Position numbers and translations under genes: made by a program
Origin: a bacterium
Lineage (GTDB): Bacteria > Patescibacteriota > Microgenomatia > Levybacterales > UBA12049
DNA: 64,000 bases
Assembly: GCA_021791545.1 (NCBI GenBank)
Contig: JAJYWL010000016.1
Location: 87,545 to 151,544 of the forward strand
Direction of reading: 5' to 3'
Notes under the pieces: model-generated
Told to the model about the DNA's origin: nothing
Databases searched by the model: none
Seen by the model: the letters and a program-made list of their open reading frames with translations, nothing else
Shown: one piece after another, positions 37,227 through 45,295 of the stretch
How positions within the stretch are numbered: the stretch's first letter is position 1
How the letters are laid out: every line of letters starts with the position of its first letter

Positions 37227-38026
37227 GTTTGATTGTATATTCTTTTTGGTTCTTCTTTTTCTTTTTCTTGTTCAAGACTTTTCTTTAAAAGCGCCATCAA
37301 ATCCGTTACGTTGGATGTTTCCTGGATAGTTTCTTCTTTGGCTGTTATTTTTTCTCCTTTCGCTTTTTCGTCTATTAGTTTTTTCAAATCTTCAGTATAG
37401 GTATCATGAAATTCTTCGGGCTTAAAATCTCCGCTTAATTGGTTTATTAAGGCAAGAGCCATTTCAATCTCTTTATCGCTAACCTCAAGGTTTGGTGCCT
37501 TAATTTCTTTTGCATCTTTTATCTCGCTTTGAAATCTCATTTGATTTAGGACGATAACATTGTCTAGGGGTTTTATGATTCCCAGCCTTTGTCTGGTTCT
37601 TATGACAAATTTTGCTATCCCTACTTTCTTACTTTTTCTTAAAGCTTCTATCATTAGAGAGTATGCTTTTTGAGCAGATTTGTCGGGTTCGAGATAATAG
37701 GGTTTCTCGTAGTAAACAGAATCTATTTCACCCTCATTTACAAACTCCAGCACATCTATTGTTTTAGTTTTTTTGACGTTAGCTTTAATAAAATCATCTT
37801 GTTGTAATATTACATAATCTCCTTTTTCATATTCATAACCTTTTACAAGTTCGTTATAGGGAACTTCTTTTTCTTCGGTTTTACACACTTTCGCATATCT
37901 AATGGGGGAATAGTCTTTCTTATGAAGAAGATCAAAATCCAAACCCTCATCTTTCGAAGCGGTATACATTTTTATGGGAATATTAACGAGCCCGAAACTT
38001 AAAGCTCCTGACCATATAGCTCTCAT
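37223..38026 (-). CDS. ku: Ku protein (NHEJ DNA end-binding)
   Basis: MRAIWSGALSFGLVNIPIKMY N-terminus is typical of bacterial Ku. Its stop overlaps the ligD start (operon). Confidence 0.85.
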   Translation of the reverse strand: MRAIWSGALSFGLVNIPIKMYTASKDEGLDFDLLHKKDYSPIRYAKVCKTEEKEVPYNELVKGYEYEKGDYVILQQDDFIKANVKKTKTIDVLEFVNEGEIDSVYYEKPYYLEPDKSAQKAYSLMIEALRKSKKVGIAKFVIRTRQRLGIIKPLDNVIVLNQMRFQSEIKDAKEIKAPNLEVSDKEIEMALALINQLSGDFKPEEFHDTYTEDLKKLIDEKAKGEKITAKEETIQETSNVTDLMALLKKSLEQEKEKEEPKRIYNQT

Positions 38027-38139
38027 GGGTCGGATTATCGATTTTTTCTAAGAATTTAGATTTAGATTGCTGTATGAGTTTTGTAAGATTCTTACGGCCT
38101 TTTTATTAATTTTTGTCAAAAATTTTGTAGTCTAGACTC

Positions 38140-38253
38140 ATGACTGAGACAGCTGAAGAAAATCCTCCGGTAACTAAAGGGATGGGTTGCGCTCCTGTTC
38201 TGTTAATTTTATTGCTGCCTCTTTTGTTAATTCTTATCATTTTGAAATTTTAA
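38140..38253 (+). CDS. unannotated 37-aa single-TM peptide (MTETAEENPPVTKGMGCAPVLLILLLPLLLILIILKF)
   Basis: Shares an NPP-Gly-rich-TM organisation with the 62-aa peptide at 38534. It is preceded by a TTGTCA...TAGACT promoter-like sequence with almost no leader. Confidence 0.3.
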   Translation: MTETAEENPPVTKGMGCAPVLLILLLPLLLILIILKF

Positions 38254-38318
38254 CTCTTTCAAAAGTCTTACAGTTTTTAAACCCAAAATATTTTCTTAAG
38301 TCCTATATATGTTCTACT

Positions 38319-38531
38319 ATGTCAAGGATAAATTACAAAAGCCAGCCAAATATTTTCCATTCATTACTTGCTTCATTGGGAGCGATTCTTTTTGGGATAA
38401 CAATTCAATTTATAAGTTTATATTTTTTTGATTTTTTGCAAAACGTGTCTTATCTTCCTTTTTTTTCCGGAATAATCTTTTTTTCGATAGTAATGTCTTT
38501 TCTTGTATACGGTTTTAAGGGGGTGAGATAG
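38319..38531 (+). CDS. small 2-TM membrane protein (70 aa)
   Basis: Internal Met start of the 38187..38531 track ORF. The longer start would overlap the 37-aa peptide gene. Confidence 0.3.
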   Translation: MSRINYKSQPNIFHSLLASLGAILFGITIQFISLYFFDFLQNVSYLPFFSGIIFFSIVMSFLVYGFKGVR

Positions 38532-38533
38532 TT

Positions 38534-38722
38534 ATGGCAACCGTAGTAAATAATCCTCCGGCAGGATCTAATAATGGATTCGGTTTTTTGCTTGGAGTAC
38601 TGGTGTTATTGGTAGTAATTGCTTTGTTTTTTATTTATGGACTTCCGAGAATTATTCCCCAGTATTTCGGCGGAGTTCAGGTCAATGTTCCCAAAAGCGT
38701 TGATGTTCATGTTTCCAAATAA
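38534..38722 (+). CDS. small single-TM membrane peptide (62 aa)
   Basis: The sequence MATVVNNPPAGSNNGFGFLLGVLVLLVVIALFF resembles the 37-aa peptide upstream and suggests a paralog. Confidence 0.4.
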   Translation: MATVVNNPPAGSNNGFGFLLGVLVLLVVIALFFIYGLPRIIPQYFGGVQVNVPKSVDVHVSK

Positions 38723-38746
38723 AATAAAATGAGATAAAATTAAATA

Positions 38747-39085
38747 GTGAATATATTAGTCAGTCTCATAATCAATGCAATTGTTATTTTTGTTACCGCA
38801 AATATATTACCCGGAGTGCATATTGCCGACTTTCAAACTGCTTTAATAGCAGCAGTTGTCTTGGGAGTAATTAATACTCTTTTGAAACCCATCCTTATGT
38901 TTTTGACCCTCCCCATTACAATTTTGACTTTGGGACTTTTTACTTTGATCATAAACGGTCTTTTAGTTTTATTGGCGACTCATATTGTTCCCGGTTTTCG
39001 AGTTGACGGATTTTTGTGGGCAATAATATTTAGCATAGTCGTTTCAATAATAAATGCCGTTGTTAACAAATTTCCCCTCAAATAA
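38747..39085 (+). CDS. phage holin 4_2-like (PF04020-like) 4-TM membrane protein
   Basis: The LPGVHIADF...LLKPILMFLTLPITILTLGLF...VPGFRVDGF pattern is typical of this family. Confidence 0.5.
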   Translation: MNILVSLIINAIVIFVTANILPGVHIADFQTALIAAVVLGVINTLLKPILMFLTLPITILTLGLFTLIINGLLVLLATHIVPGFRVDGFLWAIIFSIVVSIINAVVNKFPLK

Positions 39086-39123
39086 CTCTTGATAAAAGAC
39101 CTTAAGTCTAGTAATATTCAGTA

Positions 39124-39669
39124 ATGCAAAAAATTGCTCCGGCAGCTATAGTGGTATTAGTAGTTGCACTTGGGATATTAGGAGTTTATTATCTTTCTAC
39201 TCAAAATTTTCAAACGCAATCTTTGGAGTCGATAATGAATAACAGAAAACCAACAGATCAACCTTTTCAAACGATAACTCCTGTAGCTTCAAACCCTACA
39301 CCTACGGGTCCTGTTGTTACTCCAATCTCATCGGAAGAATTACAAGACGGGTTAAAGATAGCTGATTATAAAATTGGGACGGGCAGCGCCGTAAAAGCAG
39401 GCGATACAGTTGTTATAGACTACGTGGGAATGTTGGAAAATGGTCAAGTCTTCGATAGTTCTCTTCAGAGAAATCAACCTTTTGAAACTCAGATAGGTGT
39501 TGGAAAAGTAATAAAAGGATGGGACGAGGGAGTCGTAGGGATGCAAGTAGGTGGAAGAAGAAGACTTATAATACCCGCAAGCTTGGGCTATGGAGAACAG
39601 GGAGCGGGTGGAGTTATTCCTCCAAATGCTACCTTAATCTTTGACGTTCAACTTCTCCAAATCAAATAA
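39124..39669 (+). CDS. FKBP-type peptidyl-prolyl cis-trans isomerase, membrane anchored
   Basis: FKBP signature (DYVGMLENGQVFDSS...GWDEGVVGMQVGGRRRLIIPASLGYG). Confidence 0.8.
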   Translation: MQKIAPAAIVVLVVALGILGVYYLSTQNFQTQSLESIMNNRKPTDQPFQTITPVASNPTPTGPVVTPISSEELQDGLKIADYKIGTGSAVKAGDTVVIDYVGMLENGQVFDSSLQRNQPFETQIGVGKVIKGWDEGVVGMQVGGRRRLIIPASLGYGEQGAGGVIPPNATLIFDVQLLQIK

Positions 39670-39704
39670 TCTTGTAAATATAGTAAAAAAGGTATATTCT
39701 ATTC

Positions 39705-40472
39705 TTGATGAGCATTAAAGATTTTTTCTCAAACAAGAAAAGGTTCTACCCGCTTTTCGAAACAAAAAATATTAAAAACCCAAACAGATGGCTTTCTTTC
39801 CCTATTTTGGGATTCGTTTTTAAAGGTATAGTTTTAATCCCCGTATTTATTGAACTGGTTATTCTTGGAATTATTTATTTTATCTGTGTAATTCTATTGA
39901 ATCCGTTCGTAATCCTTTTTACAGGTAAATATTGGAATTTAGCGTATGAGCTAAATGTAGGAGTAATAAAATTGGGTGCAAAAGTTTACTATTATTTTGC
40001 GGGTCTTACCAATCAATATCCATGGTTTAATCTTGAAATAAAAGATGATTTGATCAGTCTTAAAATAGAGAAACCAAAGAATCCAAACAGAGTATTGAAT
40101 TTCCCAATACTCGGTTTTATTGTTAAGGCGATAGCCTTAATTCCTATTTATCTTGTAATGAGGGTCGTAAGCACAGCTGCTCAGATCGCATTCTTCTTTA
40201 CTTCTTTTGTAATATTCTTTACAGCAAGATATCCTGAGAGCTCTTATGAAATAAACAGAGATTATCTAAGATTGGACTTTGCTACAGGAATGTATCTGAC
40301 AGGTCTTTCGGATACATATCCCAGTATGTTCGTTTCTTTAAACCATAAAAAAATAAAGATCTTCCTTTTGATTTTAGGTTTCATTTTCTCCTTTATGAAC
40401 ATCACGGCAAATAACAGAAGCAATTATCATTATCAAAATACAGGCGGAATACAAAATAACAGATCCTTCTAG
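39705..40472 (+). CDS. DUF4389-like membrane protein with internal tandem duplication
   Basis: Two repeats: PNRWLSFPILGFVFKGIVLIPVF and PNRVLNFPILGFIVKAIALIPIY. Confidence 0.45.
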   Translation: MMSIKDFFSNKKRFYPLFETKNIKNPNRWLSFPILGFVFKGIVLIPVFIELVILGIIYFICVILLNPFVILFTGKYWNLAYELNVGVIKLGAKVYYYFAGLTNQYPWFNLEIKDDLISLKIEKPKNPNRVLNFPILGFIVKAIALIPIYLVMRVVSTAAQIAFFFTSFVIFFTARYPESSYEINRDYLRLDFATGMYLTGLSDTYPSMFVSLNHKKIKIFLLILGFIFSFMNITANNRSNYHYQNTGGIQNNRSF

Positions 40473-41464
40473 ATTTCTTCGTAGGCAACAACGGCTTTAG
40501 CTTTTTTTAAAATTTCTTCTTTTGTTAAAAGACCTTTCTGTGCCCCTATATTTGTAATTACTCCGGAAGAATCTAACGCTCCCCATTGCATAGCTTCCGG
40601 TAAGGAAAGTCCGTTAAGGAATCCGGCAAGAAAACCCGAGGAATAGGCATCTCCGGCTCCTGTCTTTTCAACAACATTCGTTTCGACTGCCGCTAAATGA
40701 TATGACTTATTGCTCTCATCTTCTAAGTAAGAACCGTTTTTTGAATCGGTTATTACTACGTTTTTAGGTCCGAGACCCTTAAGACCGTAAAGAAGTTTTT
40801 TTATTGAACCGTCACCTTTAGGAAGTTCAATCTCTTTTCCGTAAAGAAGCTCTTCGGCTTCTTCTTTATTTACGAATAATATATCTGTTTTTTCAAGAAT
40901 AGACCATATAACATTGCCTCTCTTTATGATTTGCCTTGTTCCCGGATTAAAGGCAAGAATGCAACCATTTTTTGTACTGTATTCAAGAGCATCCGTATAA
41001 GCTTTCTCCCATTTATCGCCAAGACTTGTAAGGTACATAAGTTTTGGAGGATTTTCGGGAAATTTAAAGTTGTGGTCTCTTTCTACATGCTCGACGAGAA
41101 GAGTTCTCTCTCCGTTATAGTTAAGCGAAACTGAAAATGATGTCTTTCCGGAGGGATTTTTTAAGACATAAGAAACGTTTACTTTTTCTGCATCCAGAGA
41201 GTTAATGATTTTTTGTGCAAACTCGTCTTTTCCTATTTCAGCAACTAATTTAGTCTTTATGCCAAGGCGTGAAAGACCAACGGCAGTATTTGAAGCATTT
41301 CCTCCAAGATCTATTTCATATTTATCTACAGCAATTTTTTCACCCAACGTGATAAACAAATTATTCCCTTTTTCGTCTAGTCCGAAGTGAGGATTATTTT
41401 GAGGTATTTTTAAGAAGATATCGATAACGGCATCGCCAACGCAAAGGGCAGTTAAATCTTGCAT
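40469..41464 (-). CDS. PfkB family carbohydrate kinase (ribokinase-like)
   Basis: GG dipeptide region (DLGGNASNTAVG) and the C-terminal GAGDAYSSGFLAGFL anion-hole motif. Confidence 0.8.
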   Translation of the reverse strand: MQDLTALCVGDAVIDIFLKIPQNNPHFGLDEKGNNLFITLGEKIAVDKYEIDLGGNASNTAVGLSRLGIKTKLVAEIGKDEFAQKIINSLDAEKVNVSYVLKNPSGKTSFSVSLNYNGERTLLVEHVERDHNFKFPENPPKLMYLTSLGDKWEKAYTDALEYSTKNGCILAFNPGTRQIIKRGNVIWSILEKTDILFVNKEEAEELLYGKEIELPKGDGSIKKLLYGLKGLGPKNVVITDSKNGSYLEDESNKSYHLAAVETNVVEKTGAGDAYSSGFLAGFLNGLSLPEAMQWGALDSSGVITNIGAQKGLLTKEEILKKAKAVVAYEEI

Positions 41465-41523
41465 ACTTTAATGTTACATGAAATAAACTTCAGCTTCAAA
41501 TATAAGAGTGGTATAATCTTTTT

Positions 41524-41955
41524 ATGGCAGAAGTACAATTGGACATGGGATTAGTTCCCGAAGTAGGTAGTACCGAAAGAGCAATTGCGAACGGAACTAC
41601 AATTTTTGAATCTCCAGACGGGAAAAAACTCGTCTTGAATCCGGAATTGGACTGGATATTCAGGTGGATAAAGTCGGGAACAGAGTTTCATACCGCTCCA
41701 GAAGGATCAGAGGGGGGAAGTCCTTTCGCAGGAAGACCGGAAGGTAAAGTCCTAGTAGCAATCCAAGGGAAAAAAATTGAATTTACACATAGAAGCGGTA
41801 TATTATCTTTTGGTGCCCGTATTTTAGGAGTTAAAAACCCAGATGACAGAAGATTTATAGGAAATTTTGGATGGTGGAGAAAGGGAGTTTTTAGTCAAGA
41901 TAGTAAAGATACCGACGAAGCAGAGTCTCTTAAGCTTGGACTTAAAAAGAAGTAA
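41524..41955 (+). CDS. hypothetical protein
   Basis: No recognisable domain. Confidence 0.4.
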   Translation: MAEVQLDMGLVPEVGSTERAIANGTTIFESPDGKKLVLNPELDWIFRWIKSGTEFHTAPEGSEGGSPFAGRPEGKVLVAIQGKKIEFTHRSGILSFGARILGVKNPDDRRFIGNFGWWRKGVFSQDSKDTDEAESLKLGLKKK

Positions 41956-42399
41956 TTATTTTTTTTCCTCTAATTTTTTTAGTATTTCCTGTAGCAGGTT
42001 TTCCTGATTTTTAAGATATTCAGTAATTGTTTCTATTTCTTTTTCTGCTTTCTTATCTGTTTCGAAGTCGTGTTCTGATCTAAGTTCTGCATGTTTTCCT
42101 TGTACATTTTGTCCTATTAAGAGAAGTGGCATCAAATGTAGCTGAATAAGATTGGAAATGAATAACCATAAGACAAAAGCAGGATAAGGATCGAACTTTA
42201 GATCTTTTGGAGCAAATATATTCCAACCGAGCCATAATATCGTCCAAGTAAAAATAATAAAAAAGAATCCCATTGTTCCAATTTTTTCGGTCACGAATAG
42301 GGCAAGTTTGTCCATTTTCGATAATCTTCCCTTATGGATTACGTTTACGTTTATGATTGGGAATTCTTTTCTTATATTCTCCAGAGAAGTCTTTTCCAT
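41956..42399 (-). CDS. DUF1003 family membrane protein
   Basis: Two-TM core (LGWNIF...FDPYPAFVLWLFISNLIQLHLMPLLLIGQN) and a C-terminal coiled-coil. Confidence 0.55.
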   Translation of the reverse strand: MEKTSLENIRKEFPIINVNVIHKGRLSKMDKLALFVTEKIGTMGFFFIIFTWTILWLGWNIFAPKDLKFDPYPAFVLWLFISNLIQLHLMPLLLIGQNVQGKHAELRSEHDFETDKKAEKEIETITEYLKNQENLLQEILKKLEEKK

Positions 42400-42492
42400 A
42401 ACTTTAGACTAACACAATCTTATTCTTATTTTCAAACGATTTATTAATCTTTTTCTGATGATTTTCTTACCAAACTCAAGTATAATAACTTA

Positions 42493-43032
42493 ATGCGGTT
42501 AGTGGGAATAGGCGGAACTTTCAGAAAAGACTCATTCAGTATGGGTCTTTTGAAGGCTGTAAAAGAATTATTACCTGAAGGAATAACATTCGAAATATTG
42601 GATTTTAAAGATTTTCCTCCATACAATCCTGATATAGAAATACCGGAAGAAATTAAGATCTTCAAGGATAAAATCAAACAGTCTGATGCGGTTCTTTTTT
42701 CAACGGCTGAATATAATTATTCGGTACCCGGCAATCTAAAAAACGCAATTGACTGGGCATCAAGACCTTATGGAGATAATTCTTTCGAAGACAAGCCTGC
42801 GGCAATAATTAGTGAATCAACAGGACAGTTGGGTGGATCAAGAGCTCAATATCATTTAAGACAGATAATGGTATTTTTAAATATGCATCCGATTAATAAG
42901 CCGGAAGCGATCGTTCCTTTTGCTCAAGACAAGTTTGATGAAGACGGAAAACTGACTGACGAAAAAACGAGAGAGAAAATAAAAGAATTATTAGAGGCAT
43001 TGGCAAAATGGGCAGAAAGATTAAGTATATGA
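42493..43032 (+). CDS. NAD(P)H-dependent FMN reductase family protein
   Basis: The pattern MRLVGIGGTFRKDS...LFSTAEYNYSVPGNLKNAIDWASRP is typical of NADPH-dependent FMN reductase/chromate reductase. Confidence 0.75.
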   Translation: MRLVGIGGTFRKDSFSMGLLKAVKELLPEGITFEILDFKDFPPYNPDIEIPEEIKIFKDKIKQSDAVLFSTAEYNYSVPGNLKNAIDWASRPYGDNSFEDKPAAIISESTGQLGGSRAQYHLRQIMVFLNMHPINKPEAIVPFAQDKFDEDGKLTDEKTREKIKELLEALAKWAERLSI

Positions 43033-43508
43033 AACTAAAACAATTATTATTTTTTCTAAAAGAAAGAGTCGCTTATGCACACTGTGACATTCCCTGTGGA
43101 ATCTACGATCCACACGCTTCTCAGGTTGCTGCACATACCATTCTAAGAATGACTCAGCTTATTAGTGAAATAAAAAGAGAAAACGAAACAAAAGCAGAGC
43201 ATGATATTGCAAGAACGACTTTTGTAAAAGAAGAACATTCCGATCTTTTGGAAGAAGAATTAGATACATTGGCACACGACTATTTTAAACAGGAACAATA
43301 TGAACAATTTCCAAACTTGAAAGAATTATTTGAAAAGACATTAAAGGCCGGTGCAAAAGCAAGACAAAATATAGATATTGAAGCAGCAAAAGAAACTTTA
43401 GAAAATACAATGCAGATAGCCGAGATTTTTTTCAAATCTAAAGGCGTAGAAAGCATTAGAGTTCCCTCACTTTTTCCCACAGGCGGAGAAATAGTTGTTC
43501 AAAAATGA
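43008..43508 (+). CDS. sodN: nickel superoxide dismutase precursor
   Basis: The Ni-hook motif HCDIPCGIYDP matches Streptomyces SodN (HCDLPCGVYDP). It follows a cleavable leader ending AYA. The alternative start ATG 43029 gives a 17-aa leader and an ATGA overlap with the upstream gene. Confidence 0.8.
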   Translation: MGRKIKYMKLKQLLFFLKERVAYAHCDIPCGIYDPHASQVAAHTILRMTQLISEIKRENETKAEHDIARTTFVKEEHSDLLEEELDTLAHDYFKQEQYEQFPNLKELFEKTLKAGAKARQNIDIEAAKETLENTMQIAEIFFKSKGVESIRVPSLFPTGGEIVVQK

Positions 43509-43792
43509 CAATTTTATCCAAGTACAAGATTTCGGGCCACAGCATGGAACCTGCAATTAAAGATAAGGATTATGTTTTGGTTTCAGGACTTACCTATCTT
43601 TTTAGAAAACCCCAGGTAGGAGATGTTGTTCTTTTCAGAATAAAGAAGGAGACATATATAAAAAGAATAGAAAGGATAAATGGTGAAAAATTCTTTGTTT
43701 TAGGCGATAATAGTAATGATAGCCTAGATAGTAGAGATTTTGGGTGGATTCCTAAAAATAAAATTTTGGGGAAAGTTATCCTTAAAATATGA
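43505..43792 (+). CDS. sodX: NiSOD maturation protease (signal peptidase I-like S26/S24 family)
   Basis: 95 aa with the Ser nucleophile motif SGHSMEP and a GDNSNDSLDSR box. ATGA overlap with sodN. Confidence 0.7.
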   Translation: MTILSKYKISGHSMEPAIKDKDYVLVSGLTYLFRKPQVGDVVLFRIKKETYIKRIERINGEKFFVLGDNSNDSLDSRDFGWIPKNKILGKVILKI

Positions 43793-44304
43793 TATTTAAT
43801 TTATTTCTAATATTCGCAATTCTTTTTCTTCTTTTTTTCCTCTCAATGATTTGGCCACCCGATAGTCCTTGGGCGCCTTGGTGGAGAACAGACAGTAGTG
43901 TAGCAGAAAGAATTTGTAGGCTGGCGAATGTTAAAAGAGGAGAGGTAATTTACGAATTAGGAAGTGGAGATGCACAAACTTTAATTGCTGCGGCTAAAAC
44001 TTTTAATGCAAAGGGAGTGGGAATTGAAATCGATCCTCTTAGGGTTTTTATCTCTAAATTTTTCTTAAGAATAAAAGGATTAACCAAAGATGTAAGAATA
44101 ATAAGAGGCAATTTTTTTGAAGAAGATTTGAGTAAAGCAGATGTCATCTTTGTGTATTTAGTCCCTAAGACCTTGGATAAGTTGTTGCCAAAATTTAGAA
44201 AGGAACTAAAAAAAGGCACAAGGATAGTAAGTTATAGATACAAAATGAAGCTAAAGGAAGTAAAAGTTGATAAAGAACTCCAACTTTATCTGTACACTAT
44301 TTAA
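43789..44304 (+). CDS. class I SAM-dependent methyltransferase
   Basis: Motif I (VIYELGSGDAQTL) and a Rossmann-fold pattern. Confidence 0.7.
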   Translation: MIFNLFLIFAILFLLFFLSMIWPPDSPWAPWWRTDSSVAERICRLANVKRGEVIYELGSGDAQTLIAAAKTFNAKGVGIEIDPLRVFISKFFLRIKGLTKDVRIIRGNFFEEDLSKADVIFVYLVPKTLDKLLPKFRKELKKGTRIVSYRYKMKLKEVKVDKELQLYLYTI

Positions 44305-45295
44305 ATCTGAGGAAAGCCCATCTTAATTTATTCAAAGCTTTATATCCAAGATAAGCTTTTTTATTTATCACCAGATCATAACTTCCCAAATATTCCGTAA
44401 GCTTTGGTCCGTATCCCTGTTTAAATCTATGAAAACCAAACCAGGGATCTTTTGGATCAGGATTAGGTCCTAATGATCCCCACATGTCAAAGTATTTAAG
44501 CCCCAGTTTCTTTCCCCACTTTATTACCTCCCACATCATTAAGTTTGATGCCATTACCTCTCTATGATTACTGCTTGATGCTCCATAAGGATAATAAAGG
44601 GTATCTTTAAAAACAAAAACAATCCAGGTTACCAAAACCTCTTTTTCATAAATAGCCTTAAAAAGGTGAGCGGTTAATTTTTCTTTATCAATTTTGTTTT
44701 TCCTTAATGTCTCCCACATTAGCCTATGATAATTTTTTGTATGCGCATAAAACTTTTGTCTCGTTGTTGTTTCTTCAGTCAGCCTGAGATATTCTTCAAA
44801 TGCTTTTTCAGAGCTGTCTTCTTCAATTTTTACTCCTTTTTTTTCTGCAACTCTGATGTTGTATCTGGTTTTTGGATGCATATTCTTAAGAAGCTCTTCT
44901 TCGGATTTGGAAATATCCAGAATAAAGTTGTATTTTGTAAATAAAGGATGGGCGGAGGGAACTAGTCCTAACTCTCTCATTTTATTGAAGTTATCTTTTT
45001 CGAAAACAATATTTGGTTCAAGTTGAATAAATACGCAATTTTCTTTTTCTCCGATTTCCCTTAAATTCCTTACCATTTCTTTGTCGGGCATTTTGCCTTT
45101 AGGAAAGTAGCCGATATTAAAGGAAGTTCTGGGAACTTTGTGGATGGTGATTTGCATTCCTTTCTCGCTGACTACCTTTACTCCCGTTTTTTCCCTAAAT
45201 GTCGTCCATTCATGGGTTTGAAGCGGGTGTGATGCTAAATCGTTAATTTTTTTTGGATCCATATTAATAAAAATCGGAACCCTCTTTGCCTTCAA
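44297..45295 (-). CDS. FemAB-family peptidoglycan bridge-formation aminoacyltransferase-like protein
   Basis: About 330 aa with the Fem/FemX-like pattern (two GNAT-like halves). Its start overlaps the uvrD stop. Confidence 0.5.
   Translation of the reverse strand: MKAKRVPIFINMDPKKINDLASHPLQTHEWTTFREKTGVKVVSEKGMQITIHKVPRTSFNIGYFPKGKMPDKEMVRNLREIGEKENCVFIQLEPNIVFEKDNFNKMRELGLVPSAHPLFTKYNFILDISKSEEELLKNMHPKTRYNIRVAEKKGVKIEEDSSEKAFEEYLRLTEETTTRQKFYAHTKNYHRLMWETLRKNKIDKEKLTAHLFKAIYEKEVLVTWIVFVFKDTLYYPYGASSSNHREVMASNLMMWEVIKWGKKLGLKYFDMWGSLGPNPDPKDPWFGFHRFKQGYGPKLTEYLGSYDLVINKKAYLGYKALNKLRWAFLRFK

Noticed and set aside
38187-38531. 114-aa ORF as called in the track
   Set aside because: Its first 44 codons overlap the better supported 37-aa peptide gene in another frame and lack a start context. 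The internal Met at 38319 gives a compact 2-TM protein, which is used instead.
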